Source of the DNA: Tubiluchus corallicola
Taxonomy: Eukaryota > Animalia > Priapulida
Assembly (NCBI GenBank): GCA_030141605.1
Contig: JAQGDQ010000125.1
Coordinates: 372,001 to 436,000, forward strand
Direction of reading: 5' to 3'
Length of the DNA: 64,000 bases
Below, one piece after another: positions 36,601 to 48,823 of the stretch; positions within the stretch are counted from its first letter, which is position 1; each line of letters starts with the position of its first letter. The notes below the pieces were generated by a model that saw only the letters and a list, made by a program, of their open reading frames with translations, was not told where the DNA came from and ran no database searches. The position numbers were made by a program, and so were the translations under genes.

Positions 36601-36943
36601 CTAAATTTCTAGGCATTCTTTATATGTTGCACTTGGCAAATTCAACTTTTTGTAAGTAGCTAGGACAACAAAATGAGATAGGGAAATTTACACGTACATT
36701 GTTAATTCTACATTGTCCGAGTTCATACAGTAAAAGTAGTTTATTTTATCCTTAGGTGATCCGCAGAGGTTTCATGCACATTACATTGCTGTGTGTTTAC
36801 CATACAAAAGATATCTGAGCCCTTTAGAAGTTGTTAGCTACGGCAGATTGGGCACAACAGTTAAGAAGACAGTTTTGTTATGCTCTTTAAATGATTACGG
36901 TGAGCTTGTGTACATGTCACTGCAGTGGACTGGAATAAGTTGA
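29115..36943 (+). CDS. TSEN34: tRNA-splicing endonuclease catalytic subunit Sen34, 8 coding exons
   Basis: Approximate exons: 29115-29172, 31958-32095, 32192-32292, 32766-32818, 33899-34020, 34289-34519, 35343-35504, 36756-36943. Motifs VGSLLGCLPQAPRQNQQLGLPLLLQPEE, RYRVFKDLWEKNYY..SKFGGDFLIYPG|DPQRFHAHY and YGRLGTTVKKT contain the Tyr/His/Lys triad. Confidence 0.93.
30050..31100 (+). mobile_element. Decayed Tigger/pogo (DDE_1, CENP-B-like) transposase in TSEN34 intron 1
   Basis: Fragments NVGEIRVFHRALP (degenerate NxDETGLF), KDGVTLLVVC..LLLIGKSRMPGC, LLVDKC and FLPPNTMSVSQFCDQGII spread over several frames with stops. Confidence 0.85.
33598..33629. repeat. (AAT)n microsatellite
   Basis: About 10 perfect units. 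Confidence 0.9.
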
Positions 36944-38431
36944 CCCTAATTTCCATATTTTATCAAATGCCGGTTTAAATTTTGTACTGTAGTTTTGTTA
37001 TTGTGTGCTGTGACTGTAAATAAAATATGGTGGCTAGTATAACAGTTTTCCATCTATTTAAGCCTTTTATTATTTTACAGAAAATAGAACAATAGCAAGT
37101 TTTTTTCTGAGATGTGTGAATGAAAATACTGCAGTAAGAAAATATGTAGGAAAACTGTAAAAAAACTGGTAACAAGGTACAGTAGTTTTCTGTATATGAT
37201 ATAACACTGGTTAATCCAGCTTCATAACACACTTAGTTCTACACTAAGCAAATATGGAGGAAAAATGAAATACAAATGTTGACAAGTGCAACAATTTTCT
37301 TTCTATGTTAAGGATTTTTATTAAAAACTTTTGGCAGAAAATATAACGGTTAGTTCAGTTTTATAACAAATGAATGATTAACAGTAAAGAAGCAAATAGG
37401 AAAGGTATAAATGAAAATGGCTAAAGAGTACAGCTCTTGCTAGTATTTTTTTGCAGAAAATATAATGGTAGTTAGTTCAGTTTTGTAGCAGATATGTGAA
37501 CAAGAACTTTTAATACCAAGGATATAGATTGCACACACCATTTAAAAACAAATAAATTACTTTGTTTGATATACACTAAACAAAGCCTTGTTAAAAAACT
37601 GGTATGCGCAATAAATCAACAAAACTATTTATTTATAGGTTATTTTATCTATTTATCACACCGTTCTTTAAGCGGTCGCATAATTTATTAATAAGGAACT
37701 ACTCTATTGTAAACAACATAAATTATAACAGTTAAATCCTAATTGCTGTACATGTAACAATTCAAACCAACAACCTCTCGATAATATCATGTCTTTCTTG
37801 CAATTATACCAACAATTAATTATGTAAACTGCAAAAAACTTAATGTACACTATCATTACTTAGTATCTAAGAAAAAAACACATCCTAGGCCACTAGGATA
37901 ATGCGTAACTATCTTGTTTTACACAGAACACGGCAAGAATGGCTGAAGGTATAAAATCATTTGAATTACGTGTGATATACCAGTAACTTGGACTTACAGC
38001 GTAATGTTTCAGCAATGCTTGCTTTAGAATATAAGATATAACAGGCACAGACTGTTTTAGATTAGAATTATTCCTGTCACTTGGGTTACACTGAATGGTA
38101 TCGTATTAATGAACCAAATTATGTTCATTTACGCAATTAAAATTGCTGGAAACATACAAGATAGATAGGCACTACCACAATATGCATATGAGTGAACTGA
38201 AAAGCACCAATACAACCTATATCAAACAGGATTATTATAAGAAAATAAGTTATATGTGCATCACAATGTCCGAATAAATTGCAAAATAACAAGATGCAAC
38301 AAGACTGTGAGATAAAATAATGAACGTACTGCATAGTTCAAACTTACGAACCATTGTTAAGCTGCTTTCCATTTACTAAAATTAACACTAATAGCAACTT
38401 GTAACTAACAATAAATATTATATTAAACTAG

Positions 38432-41400
38432 TTAACTCTGTGTAGTAGATTCTTCAGCAGGCTGCTTATTTTCAGCAGGTGTCCTACCTGCATGAACTTT
38501 GTCTACTTCAGATGCAGGAACAGCAACGTCCTTGATGTTCTCGTAATCACATGGACGACACTTAGATTCCAATTTACTAAGAGCTGCTTGAATACGTTTC
38601 ACAGCACCTTTTCGTGCTTGCCGAATCTCGTCTTGCCCATCCGTCTCTATTACATCTAGTGCAATTATATTACGTGTTAGCATCTCGTCTAAAAATAGGA
38701 ATTCCTTGCTTTGAGCTTCACCAGAAAACTTCTCAACTAGTTCTTCTAATTCGGCGGTACTGCGTAATACTTCCTCAATCTTCTCAAGAGCAGTTTTTGG
38801 TTTAGGTTTTGTTCGTTGTTGTTCTTCGCTGGAGGGTTGTTGGACTTCGTCTACTTTTTTATTTGCCCCATCAGTTGCATCGGATGTAGGTGTCTCAATT
38901 GTAGAGGCGGATTTTGGCACTTCCGCAATAATAATCGGAATTGTGCGATCTCGTTCTTCAGCTGAATCCACCACTTGCTGATCTTGCGCTTGCTCATCGG
39001 GCTTCGTTTTTGCAGCGTAGTCTGGACGTGGTATTTCGGGTGGCTCTGGCTCATCTTTTTTAGACGTCTCTGCTACTGATTCTTGTTCACGATTCTGCTG
39101 GTAAGTTTGGCCTGGTGCTGTATGTCTATTGGACATGTCCTCTGCTTTCTCTCTGATAACTTGCTGTTGCTGATTGTTTGTGTCTTTTGCATGGTGGTTG
39201 CTGCGTTCAACGGGCACATCAGATGCCTCTGTGCCATGAGATGGCTTTTGTGGGAAGAAAGGTGTTTCATCTGGTGGTGGTGTGTTACCATAACCCTGTT
39301 GCCATATACTAGGACCAGGTTTTGATATTGCTGCTTGATGTCTCATTTCATTCTGAGAAGGTTCTTGACGATAAGCAGTCCTATGCTCTAACCTGGGAGA
39401 TGCTGATGGGCTTCCTCGGACTGCTTCGTCACGATAATATTGCTTAAGTATTGGAGATCTATCATTAGCAGCCCTTGGACTTCCTCGATGCTCAAAATGG
39501 ATTGGTATCTCTCTATGAAACCCCTCATTACCAAAAGAACTGCTACGGAAATGACTTGGTTGCTCTTGCTGCATAAACTGCATCTCGCGTTCGGCTGGAG
39601 ATTTTTCTCTGAAGGTCTGAAAAGGAAATGTAAAACTGATTCCACAGACTAGCTAAAACATGACAAGAATGAGAAAGTTGAATGCATTTTGCTACTTACG
39701 GGTATATTTGGATGATAATGAGATGACATAGGGGCAGAACTTTGTTTTGCAGCTTGAGCATGTCTCGAAGGACTTTGTGCTCGTGGGCTGCTGCTACCAC
39801 TGCGTGTTCTTTCTATTTGGATGGGGATATTCCGCACCTACAAAATCAAATCATTATTTATAAACATTCTTAAAATGAAAATATACTCATCAGTAGCTAT
39901 TTCTACTACAAGTCTGTGTAACCATTTTGCTAAAAGTAATATAATCATTACATAAAATGCCTGTAGAACTTTAAGACAATCAGACAATCGTGGTTATACT
40001 TTAATTTATAAAATTTGGAAGCAATTTTTCTGTCTGGTGTAAATCCGTTACCGCTTTGTGAAGAAAATGCCATGGTATACTGTATAAAATAAAATTATGT
40101 AATTTAACCAAGACTAGTACAAAACCTATATAGAGATAACAAAGTCTAATAACTGCATTATGCAATAATAACCAATAAGTCATCAGCACCTGTATTAACA
40201 AAAATGGTTTCAGTGGTAACTTCATTCAGGTGCTGTGACAGCTGATAGTCAGACAGTTAATCATGCAATCTCAAAATCATACAAATTACACTTAATATGA
40301 CTACGATTGCTTTCTGTTGACCATGAAAAAAACAAAAGATTCTTTTACAAAGTATATTAAAGTAATGACTCGACTCACTACTTTAATGAAAGATCCTTTA
40401 AATTATATTAAAGGGTCAATTATTGTATTTTCATACGATATCCAATAAAAACAAGACAAAGTTAGGGAAAAGTGCATTTTAGCTAAATGAACATCAGTAA
40501 ACAACAAGACAGATAGAGAAAATTGGACAATATTTTTACGCAGATGATTTGCATAATTTTCTTAATAAGTACGGGTACGAAACCAACAAATTGTATGCAA
40601 ACAATGTACCACCAGATATCGCCAAATTCACAAAATAGACGCATCATCCTGATACCAAAGCAACAAGCTACAGCCAAAAGGCAGCTCAAATTCTGCAATT
40701 CCAAACACAGGCAAAGCTTGTTAAAAGAAAGGGATACCAGTGACTCACCTTTGGGTTAAAAGCTGACAATGGTTCGTTATTTGGTGAACCACGCGATGGT
40801 TTAGGCCTTGCCTGCTCATGATAAATAGGTATATTAAAATCTCCATCTCCAAATGGATCCCACATCCCATCCTGAGTTCTTGAACCTGGAAACCTCTCTT
40901 TCTGTAATAAAGAAACTTCTTGTCACAAGAAACTAAGGGAAAAGAAGTTATGATTATAAATTGCTGTAAAAAGGTTTTGCTAAGCAATAGTTCGAGGCTG
41001 TTGCTTTCAAGAATTTCTGTAACGGGACATCATAAAACTGTATAATTTTCATCTGGAGAGTCAGACAATAGTAGAACAATTATTTTAGATTTGTATCATA
41101 TGTGATAAGTTAACACTAAAATACCTAAGAAGTTATGATTATAAATTGCTGTAAAAAGGTTTTGCTAAGCAATAGTTCGAGGCTGTTGCTTTCAAGAATT
41201 TCTGTAACGGGACATCATAAAACTGTATAATTTTCATCTGGAGTCAGACAATAGTAGAACAATTATTTTAGATTTGTATCATATGTGATAAGTTAACACT
41301 AAAATACCTATGTTATTTTTGCGGTACAACACATTATTTCGATGGCTAATAATAACTGTGCAAAATATGGTTTCCAGAATTAAATTTCTATTCTCATAAA

Positions 41401-44400
41401 TAAATGTTGATTTCAAATCAATACAAAGCAACATGTTTGAAAGTATTAAATCACCTAAAATAAGATATATACTGCATGCAATTTTGCTTGCCATTTATGC
41501 TAAGCCATTTAAACTTTTTCTATCTACAGAATATACGTATATTTTAAACTACAGATATAAAAATTCCGGAAATTTCTGTAAGTGCTTTTAGAATGCAGCA
41601 AAATAAAATTACATTCATTCGTGGAACTTTTTATTTTTGCAGTATTTTTAACGATTTGTACCAAAGGCCTGGCGGTCAAGTGACTTGCCTCACCAGTTTT
41701 ATGTTCCACCACCAGTGCGCCCAAATATGTCATATGTAAATGTTAATTTTCAACAAGTTTCACTAAGATTGACACGACAAGATTTCAGAAGCGGTTATAA
41801 CTTTGAAAGAATGTTTTGCTTACATTAACAAAATTTTAGGAGATCCTAAAATTTAGCTAAATAGTTTCAACATGCTAAGGTGGTTCTGGTTCCAACTATT
41901 AATTTTTATCGAAATCACTTGGCCGTCACATTTGGTTAGGTGATTTAAAACGTATATTTTATTATGTATATTTTAAACTACAGATATAAAAATTCCGGAA
42001 ATTTCTGTAAGTGCTTTAGAATGCAGCAAAATAAAATTACATTCATTCGTGGAACTTTTTATTTTTGCAGTATTTTTAACGGTTTGTACCAAAGGCCTGG
42101 CGGTCAAGTGACTTGCCTCACCAGTTTTATGTTCCACCACCAGTGTGCCCAAATATGTCATATGTAAATGTTAATTTTCAACAAGTTTCACTAAGATTGA
42201 CACGACAAGATTTCAGAAGCGGTTATAACTTTGAAAGAATGTTTTGCTTACATTAACAAAATTTTAGGAGATCCTAAAATTTAGCTAAATAGTTTCAACA
42301 TGCTAAGGTGGTTCTGGTTCCAACTATTAATTTTTATCGAAATCACTTGGCCGTCACATTTGGTTAGGTGATTTAAATATATTAGTACAATTGACTGTTG
42401 TCTAATGCAGTAACACCACAGAAATTGAAAGTAATCTTTATCGTAAAAATTATTTTTCATATTGTATCTTCATATTACAGGCACAAGTTTGAGAATCTAC
42501 TAAGTTTCTTATTACTATTGTTATTTTTATTTCTACCAAAATATTCACTCCACTAATTCTATCATTTTAATGTTTTAGAGATGAATTTGCAGTGGTAGCA
42601 CTTAAGACGATATACATATCTAGCAAGATTTATAAAAACCGAGTCAGGTAGATCACGAAAAAAGGTCATAGGTCATGAAAATTTGACGATTTGCTGCAAA
42701 TTTTTGTGTTATCAACAGATAGTACAGTACATGCTGGGAAAAAACTATGCGTGAATTAGGATTTAAAATGGTTTACTTCCAAACTTATTAGTTATTCTGG
42801 TCTAATGTAGAAACTTTTCAGACAATTTTGAACGGCATGTCAAGAAAATGTTGTTTTATAAATAATTACCCTAAAAAATTATTACAATTACCGGGTAATG
42901 CAGGCGTTAAGGAACAGGAATGTAGATTCAGCAACCAGTGATGTGCAGAAGAATTTTTGGGAAATTAGAAGCACTTTTAGGTCAGATGAAGGTCAAGCAA
43001 TGTACATGCAAATTATTAAATCTTCAATATGGCACAGCTATTACTTGAGACATAAAAAAGGTGAAGAGGTAGAGAAAGAAAAAATGCAAAATGTTTATAT
43101 TATGGCAGCATTTAAATTTGAAAAGCTTATAACCTGCAAATTTTGGCCAGTTTGGGAAATTTGAGTAAGGGACTCCTAACATCCGTAATCTAATTGTAAC
43201 GTGTAACAGACTAACAATAGCCAAAGCAATTTTCAGACAATTTTTTGCCTAAATAAATTAGTACCATCCATTTTTCAAAATAATTTACTTACTTCAAAAA
43301 TGATTTACAAGAAATCTTGCTAAAAACAATAGAACAGGATTAAAGACAATTTAACTAAAACGTGTGAGGCTTATACAGGTGATTTGCTGTGCTGTTGTTC
43401 TGTGAAGAAAAGATTATCTTTGACAATTTATGTAGCAATGGCTGCCAAGTACCACTGAATTTCATCATACATGAAATTATTTATAATTAATCAAAATATT
43501 TAGCAAGTAAGTGTTGCAGCATTTGGACAAGTTGTTTCCGATCATGTTTACCGCTGTTTTGTCTGTATGTTCACTGTACAAATCAACAATCTAAAAACTT
43601 GAATTACTTATCTCACCCTGACTCATTATAATGACAATAATGCAACCTAACATTGATACCATAATAAACTTTAATTCAAAAAGATAGCTAGGCCATTCTA
43701 ATAGTATTCTTGCTGACAAGATAAACTGTCTGTGAGTAACAATCGGTCTGTTGAATTAATTACTGGTATAATATGACACAAATATTGCGTAAAAGTGCAT
43801 TGGTTAGCCAAATCATCTTTATCAAGGCACATTATAGGCAAATTAAAAACTATAAACTGTGGAGATCAAACCTTACTCATCCTAATGACAATTACACTAA
43901 TGTTAATTTATTAAAATTAAAATTCAATTAATTATTTATTTAAAAAATAATATTATTTTAATATTATTATTAAATCAAAAAAAGAAAACTGACCAGCAGT
44001 TAAGGTTAACATATATTTTAAAAGCCGTAATGTAGTTCCATTTCTGTTTCTGCAGTATTTGGACAACCTACCAACCTAGGCCTAGCCCATGACCATGTAC
44101 TGCATTGTGAACTATTTGGGCTAGTGAGTTACTTCGCTCCCGGCAAAGAAAGCATTTAAACAGACCAATTCCCAAAACTGCTTTTCACAAAGAATATACA
44201 GGCCAATTCCTCAAATGCTTTTCATGAAGAATGCTTCTGAAGATTAATACAATACACATACAAGAAAAAAAATCCTTTGTAATTCGCGCAATTTTAATAA
44301 TTTTCAGGCTTTCCTAAAGTATTTTATAGTTAGGCTTCGGAACCATTAATAACATAGGTGGATGCGCGACTCTGCTTTTATTACTTATACTTACCCTCCC

Positions 44401-44556
44401 TAATCCCATACGCTTTCTAGGATCCAGCCATGTTGTAGTCCTATCTCTGTGATTGACAAAAAACGGCCATCCCGTCTTTTTGTCATACAGCATTTCCCAG
44501 TCTTCTGGCAAAGGTTCATTCTTATAATCATCGGGAAAAAAACCGTGAAATGACAT
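38432..44556 (-). CDS. BAG3: BAG family Hsp70 co-chaperone with N-terminal WW domain (BAG3-like)
   Basis: Exon 1 (44395-44556) encodes a WW domain, [33 protein letters not shown]. Further exons ~40749-40900, 39699-39837 and 38432-39616. IPI motifs are present. C-terminal BAG domain: [40 protein letters not shown]. The exon 1-2 phase junction is not fully resolved. Confidence 0.88.
40942..41309. repeat. Tandem duplication, 2 x ~185 bp
   Basis: aagaagttatgattataaattgctg...aaaatacct at 40942 and 41127, differing by a 2-bp indel. Confidence 0.95.
41537..42377. repeat. Tandem duplication, 2 x ~412 bp with a short spacer
   Basis: gtatattttaaactacagatata...ggttaggtgatttaaa at 41537 and 41966, with only a few differences. 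Confidence 0.95.
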
Positions 44557-44852
44557 AATGGAAGCTCACTAAATCATAAAATGAATAATCACACAAAATT
44601 GCCAACGCCAAACGCAGGCAAACTTACTAAGCGTTCCGCTAACTCCAGCTATAAGAGTAAGAAATTGACACTGGCAAATCTAAGTAACTACCGATCAGTA
44701 ATCACCAATTTGTTGAATTCTAGATGTACTTGTGGACGGTACACCCGAATTCAAAACAAGGCTACTAGTAACTACAATTTTTTGCTACAATTATAACATA
44801 AAATGTTTGTTATTTTCATAATTTTCATAACACAGTATAACAGTAATATTCT

Positions 44853-44860
44853 TGACGTCA
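44853..44860. promoter_or_regulatory. CRE palindrome upstream of the BAG3-like gene
   Basis: TGACGTCA ~300 bp upstream of the ATG, in the BAG3/GCC2 divergent spacer. Confidence 0.3.
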
Positions 44861-46552
44861 TGTCGCACAAACAATTTTGTTAATGAAAAAATACTTATAT
44901 ACATGTTGAAAAATAATTCACTAATATTATATCTCAGATGGAAACAATTATTTCAAAAATATTGCCACCTACCCTATAGGGGCCACAATCCAGGCATGAT
45001 GATCAAAGCAATATAAACGATTGACTGCGCAGCTGGCAGCTGCAAGGGTATGGAATATCAATCGAAATTTAGCATGGATAATTTGGTCAAATAACGTACA
45101 TACATGACTTCTGCTATTAATATTTGTTACATACGTGTACATGTATAAAATGCACATTTTTAATACACTATATCATGTTTGTTAGTTAAAATTGCACTTA
45201 TTTTAATTGTCCTTAAGTTTAAAAGTTACTATTGTAAAACAATGTTTCTTTTACCACGTTTTCATTTCTATGTGTGTATTTTGATCACACAAACTTGTTT
45301 ATTTTCATGTCCAATATTAAAATATTTAATGGCAGGACCTACTTTACACTTGAGGAAAAATCCTCCGAGATAAAAATGTGCTGAGGCGAGCCAGTGTTTA
45401 TATAATGCTTAAATGCATACATATGTAATGCTACCATAATTTTATAAGACTAAAAGGCAGGTAGCATGGTCAATAAAGTGTTATTGGGGCCAGGGATCAC
45501 TAAATTTTCGAATAGTTATATTATAGATTGACAGGCTAGGTTCTCTGTTTCTCTGGTCGCTAATTAAGCTATTATCCTCATTACAAAAATTCTTGTCATT
45601 TTAACATGCGCTAACCAAACATTAATATCTTAGTTTAGCTTATATCAGATTTTCGTTCTATGTAGATTATATTGTTTGTTTATTGGTAACATTAAATACG
45701 ATTTTTTTACAACTTCTGCTTGTTAGTCGCAGTCATGGTCTTTGCTGATGTCGCTGGTGTTAATACCGTTATTGGCATCGCAATAGGTGTTTGATATGAT
45801 TCAGAAGTTTCAGTCACTTGTGTCTTATGCGCGAAATGCTATCATCGTGTATCATTCCGTAACTGTGTGTGGTAAAGGCTCGAAATCACAATTTCAGGAA
45901 GCATATTGAAACGAAGATCTCTGAGCAGAATATGAGTGATTACGTTGGATGTACCCAAACGTATACACATAATTACACATACGGTCCGGATGGAATATAT
46001 TCTGTTAATCAGAGTGAATGTGTCTGAATTTCGTAGGTACTTTTGTATTATGTAGAATTTTTGGGTCCCCGATGATGGCCCGTTTTAATTTGAGTTTAAC
46101 CATCTCTGGCATGTCAGCTCACATTGAATTCGTTAACATTACTGTAGATCGAAATGGCGAAGCCTATGCAGAATGCGTAAAATGCCAGATCTTTTAGGCC
46201 TAAACTGTTTTCCAAAAATTTGTGGAAGTATATTTCTATGTCAAAATTAAACTTGGCAAAACGGTTTCCTCCTTTTTTCACAATTAAAATGTGGCTCCTT
46301 ACGTACAAAATCTTTATGAAAAATTATAAAAAATAAAAAAATCTATTATTACTAAAGTATTATTGTTTATCTATTATCAGTATAGTACAGTGTTGTTTGG
46401 TAAAGTTTTTGATTGACTCATTTTGTATTCTGGAGATTTTTATCATGTCAATAATGTGACGGTGTCTAAACTTATAATAATTAATTGTTCTACGTTACAG
46501 GTCACTGCAGTAGTTGAAAACTTTAACAGCATTATCGTACTGTTTTAACACC

Positions 46553-48823
46553 ATGGAGCAAATAACTAATGATGATGTAACCCATCCTCCTCAGGTATCG
46601 CATGCAGATTTAAAAGAAGCAGAGGAGAAGATGTCAAAGTTCAAGCTTATTGCAGTGAAGGCCAAAAAAGAACTAGCTGAAGTAAAGAAACAGTTGGAAA
46701 CTGTTGTTGCTGACAAGTGCCTTGTGCAAGAAGAACTATGTGATACGAAAAGCAGTATGGATAACATGAAAGTACAACTTCAGCAAAATGTAGAGAATTA
46801 TAAAAGCTTGCAAAATGATTATGATGCCCTTCAAGATAAACTAGATTCTTCTGCTTCAGAAATTAAAACACTGACAGCAAATTTGACAGCCACCATTCAA
46901 GAGCTTACTTTCTTAAAGGAATCTCGAGCTAATGCCGAAGAAGAAGATTGTCTGCGTAAGAATGAAATTAGTGTTCTAGTTTCCGAGAAAAAACAACAAG
47001 AAGCGAGAATTAAGGAATTGGAAGCAAAGCTAACATGTTTAACAGAACTGTTTGAAAAAGAAAAGAAAGGTAAAGCTGAAGCTGTGTCTGACCATAAAGA
47101 CCTTATGAAAAAAATTGCCCTAATGGAAGAGCAGATAGGAAATGAGAGGAAAGAATTTGAAGGTAAATTGTCCAACGCAGTTGCTGAAGCTAAAATAAAT
47201 AATGTGATGGATCTAGAAATTGCAGACTATGAGCACACTATTGCCGATCTCCAAATACAAGTGAGTCACAAGGAATCTGAAATTGGTTCTTTGGACATTG
47301 AAATTAGCAGACTTCAAGATATCCTCAAAGCCAACCAAGAACAATTGGAAATTGAAGAAAGCCAGCGAGTTCAGGCTGAGGATAGAGGCAATATGCTAAA
47401 AACAATGCTCGACGATGAGAAGAAACAGCTAGCAGAAACTAACATAAATGTAGCTGAACTAACATCTGCAAATGCAAAACTCAAAAGTAAACTGGAAGTT
47501 CTTACTCAGATGTGTGAAGATTACAAAGTCCAAGTTTCTGAAGTAGCGGCTGACAAACTGTCAGTAGAAGAACGCCTGGCTTCTGTAATGCAAAGTCATC
47601 AACAAACAGTTCGATCATTGGAGAGTCGCATAAGTTCTCTGCAGAATGAGTTGAGCACCGCCTTAGCTGAGTATGATTCCTGCCAAGCTGAATATGAGGG
47701 GTATAAGGTGAGAGTTTGCAGTGTTCTAAAACACCAGCAGAAGAAAACTCCTCCAGCTTTAGTGGGGGCTGATCAAGAAAAGGCAGAAAAGGAAAGACTG
47801 GAGAAAGTGGTACAGCAGCTAAGAACGCGTCTAGAGGAAGTGACAGAAACTCGGTCCTCCTTAGAAAGTGATAACATTGCAATGCAGGAGGAGCACGATA
47901 GACTTCTGAGTAGGCATTCAAAATTACTTCAAGATTTTCAAGAGCGTGAAACATTCTGGAAGGAGAAGGTCGAGAGACAAAGACAAATAGAGTCTGATCA
48001 GCAACTAGATTATGATCATAAAATTCGACAGTTGTTGCTACAAAACGAAAAACTAAATGCTACGCTTAAAGAACAAGTAGATGCTATCAGAGAAAACAAT
48101 AAAGAACTAGCTGAAGCAAAGGACCAATTACAGTTGAAAGATGAAGAAATACACAGATTTCAGAATGAACAACTTCAGTTACAATCTACCATAAAACAAA
48201 GTAAGACAGATAACACAAAAAGCTTTAAAGCTGTTGAGGAATTGGCAGATCACTTACCATCTGTGTTCAAAATGGAGGAAAGGCAACAAGGAGAAGGTTC
48301 AGAATTTACTGATGCACAACCGCCATCTCCTCTTTTAAGACAAGACTCATTGACATCAACCATTCCACTGGAAGAATTACTCAACACGTCTGAAGATAAG
48401 CAAAGTATAACCAGCAGAACATCAGTTGACAAAGAAACACTGAAGGGAAGACTTTCAGTATTTCAGAAAAAGATTGACCATTTGTCAGGCCTTCTTCAAG
48501 AGAGTGAGGAACAGGTAGCTAGATTAACCGAACAGTCTATTGTCTTAAAATCAGAAATTAGGCGACTGGAAAGAAACCAAGAAAGAGAAGAACATACCAA
48601 AAACTTAGAATACTTGAAGAATGTCATTCTGAAATTTTTTACGTTGAAAACTCCGAATGAAAAGAATCACTTGATACCCGTATTAGTTACAATGCTAAAG
48701 CTGAGTCAGCATGAGACTGAACAAATTATAGATTTTATAAATAATGGAGAAATACCAGAGCCGCAGGAAGGAGACGGATCAGGATGGAAGAATTATCTAC
48801 ATCGATGGTCCGGACTTACTTAA
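46553..48823 (+). CDS. GCC2: GRIP and coiled-coil domain golgin (GCC2/GCC185-like), single coding exon, 756 aa
   Basis: Long coiled coil with KFKLIAVKAKKELA, YKVRVCSVLKHQ and LKSEIRRLERNQERE. GRIP domain NLEYLKNVILKF...LIPVLVTMLKLS. Terminal YLHRWSGLT resembles GCC2 (YLHSWSGLR). First ATG is at 46553, with an in-frame stop at 46511 and a splice acceptor ttacag at 46500. Confidence 0.88.
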   Translation: MEQITNDDVTHPPQVSHADLKEAEEKMSKFKLIAVKAKKELAEVKKQLETVVADKCLVQEELCDTKSSMDNMKVQLQQNVENYKSLQNDYDALQDKLDSSASEIKTLTANLTATIQELTFLKESRANAEEEDCLRKNEISVLVSEKKQQEARIKELEAKLTCLTELFEKEKKGKAEAVSDHKDLMKKIALMEEQIGNERKEFEGKLSNAVAEAKINNVMDLEIADYEHTIADLQIQVSHKESEIGSLDIEISRLQDILKANQEQLEIEESQRVQAEDRGNMLKTMLDDEKKQLAETNINVAELTSANAKLKSKLEVLTQMCEDYKVQVSEVAADKLSVEERLASVMQSHQQTVRSLESRISSLQNELSTALAEYDSCQAEYEGYKVRVCSVLKHQQKKTPPALVGADQEKAEKERLEKVVQQLRTRLEEVTETRSSLESDNIAMQEEHDRLLSRHSKLLQDFQERETFWKEKVERQRQIESDQQLDYDHKIRQLLLQNEKLNATLKEQVDAIRENNKELAEAKDQLQLKDEEIHRFQNEQLQLQSTIKQSKTDNTKSFKAVEELADHLPSVFKMEERQQGEGSEFTDAQPPSPLLRQDSLTSTIPLEELLNTSEDKQSITSRTSVDKETLKGRLSVFQKKIDHLSGLLQESEEQVARLTEQSIVLKSEIRRLERNQEREEHTKNLEYLKNVILKFFTLKTPNEKNHLIPVLVTMLKLSQHETEQIIDFINNGEIPEPQEGDGSGWKNYLHRWSGLT

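Noticed and set aside
41524-42167. Duplicated small ORFs ([14 protein letters not shown]...)
   Set aside because: They arise from the intronic tandem duplication, differ by a frameshift and have no recognisable motif.
44200-44760. Heat-shock elements for BAG3
   Set aside because: No run of three correctly spaced nGAAn units was found.
46514-46552. TTG start giving a 769-aa GCC2
   Set aside because: Eukaryotic gene. The ATG at 46553 has a good context (accATGg).
46897-48432. Antisense ORFs within GCC2 (92, 150 and 60 aa)
   Set aside because: Shadow frames of a coiled-coil CDS with no independent support.
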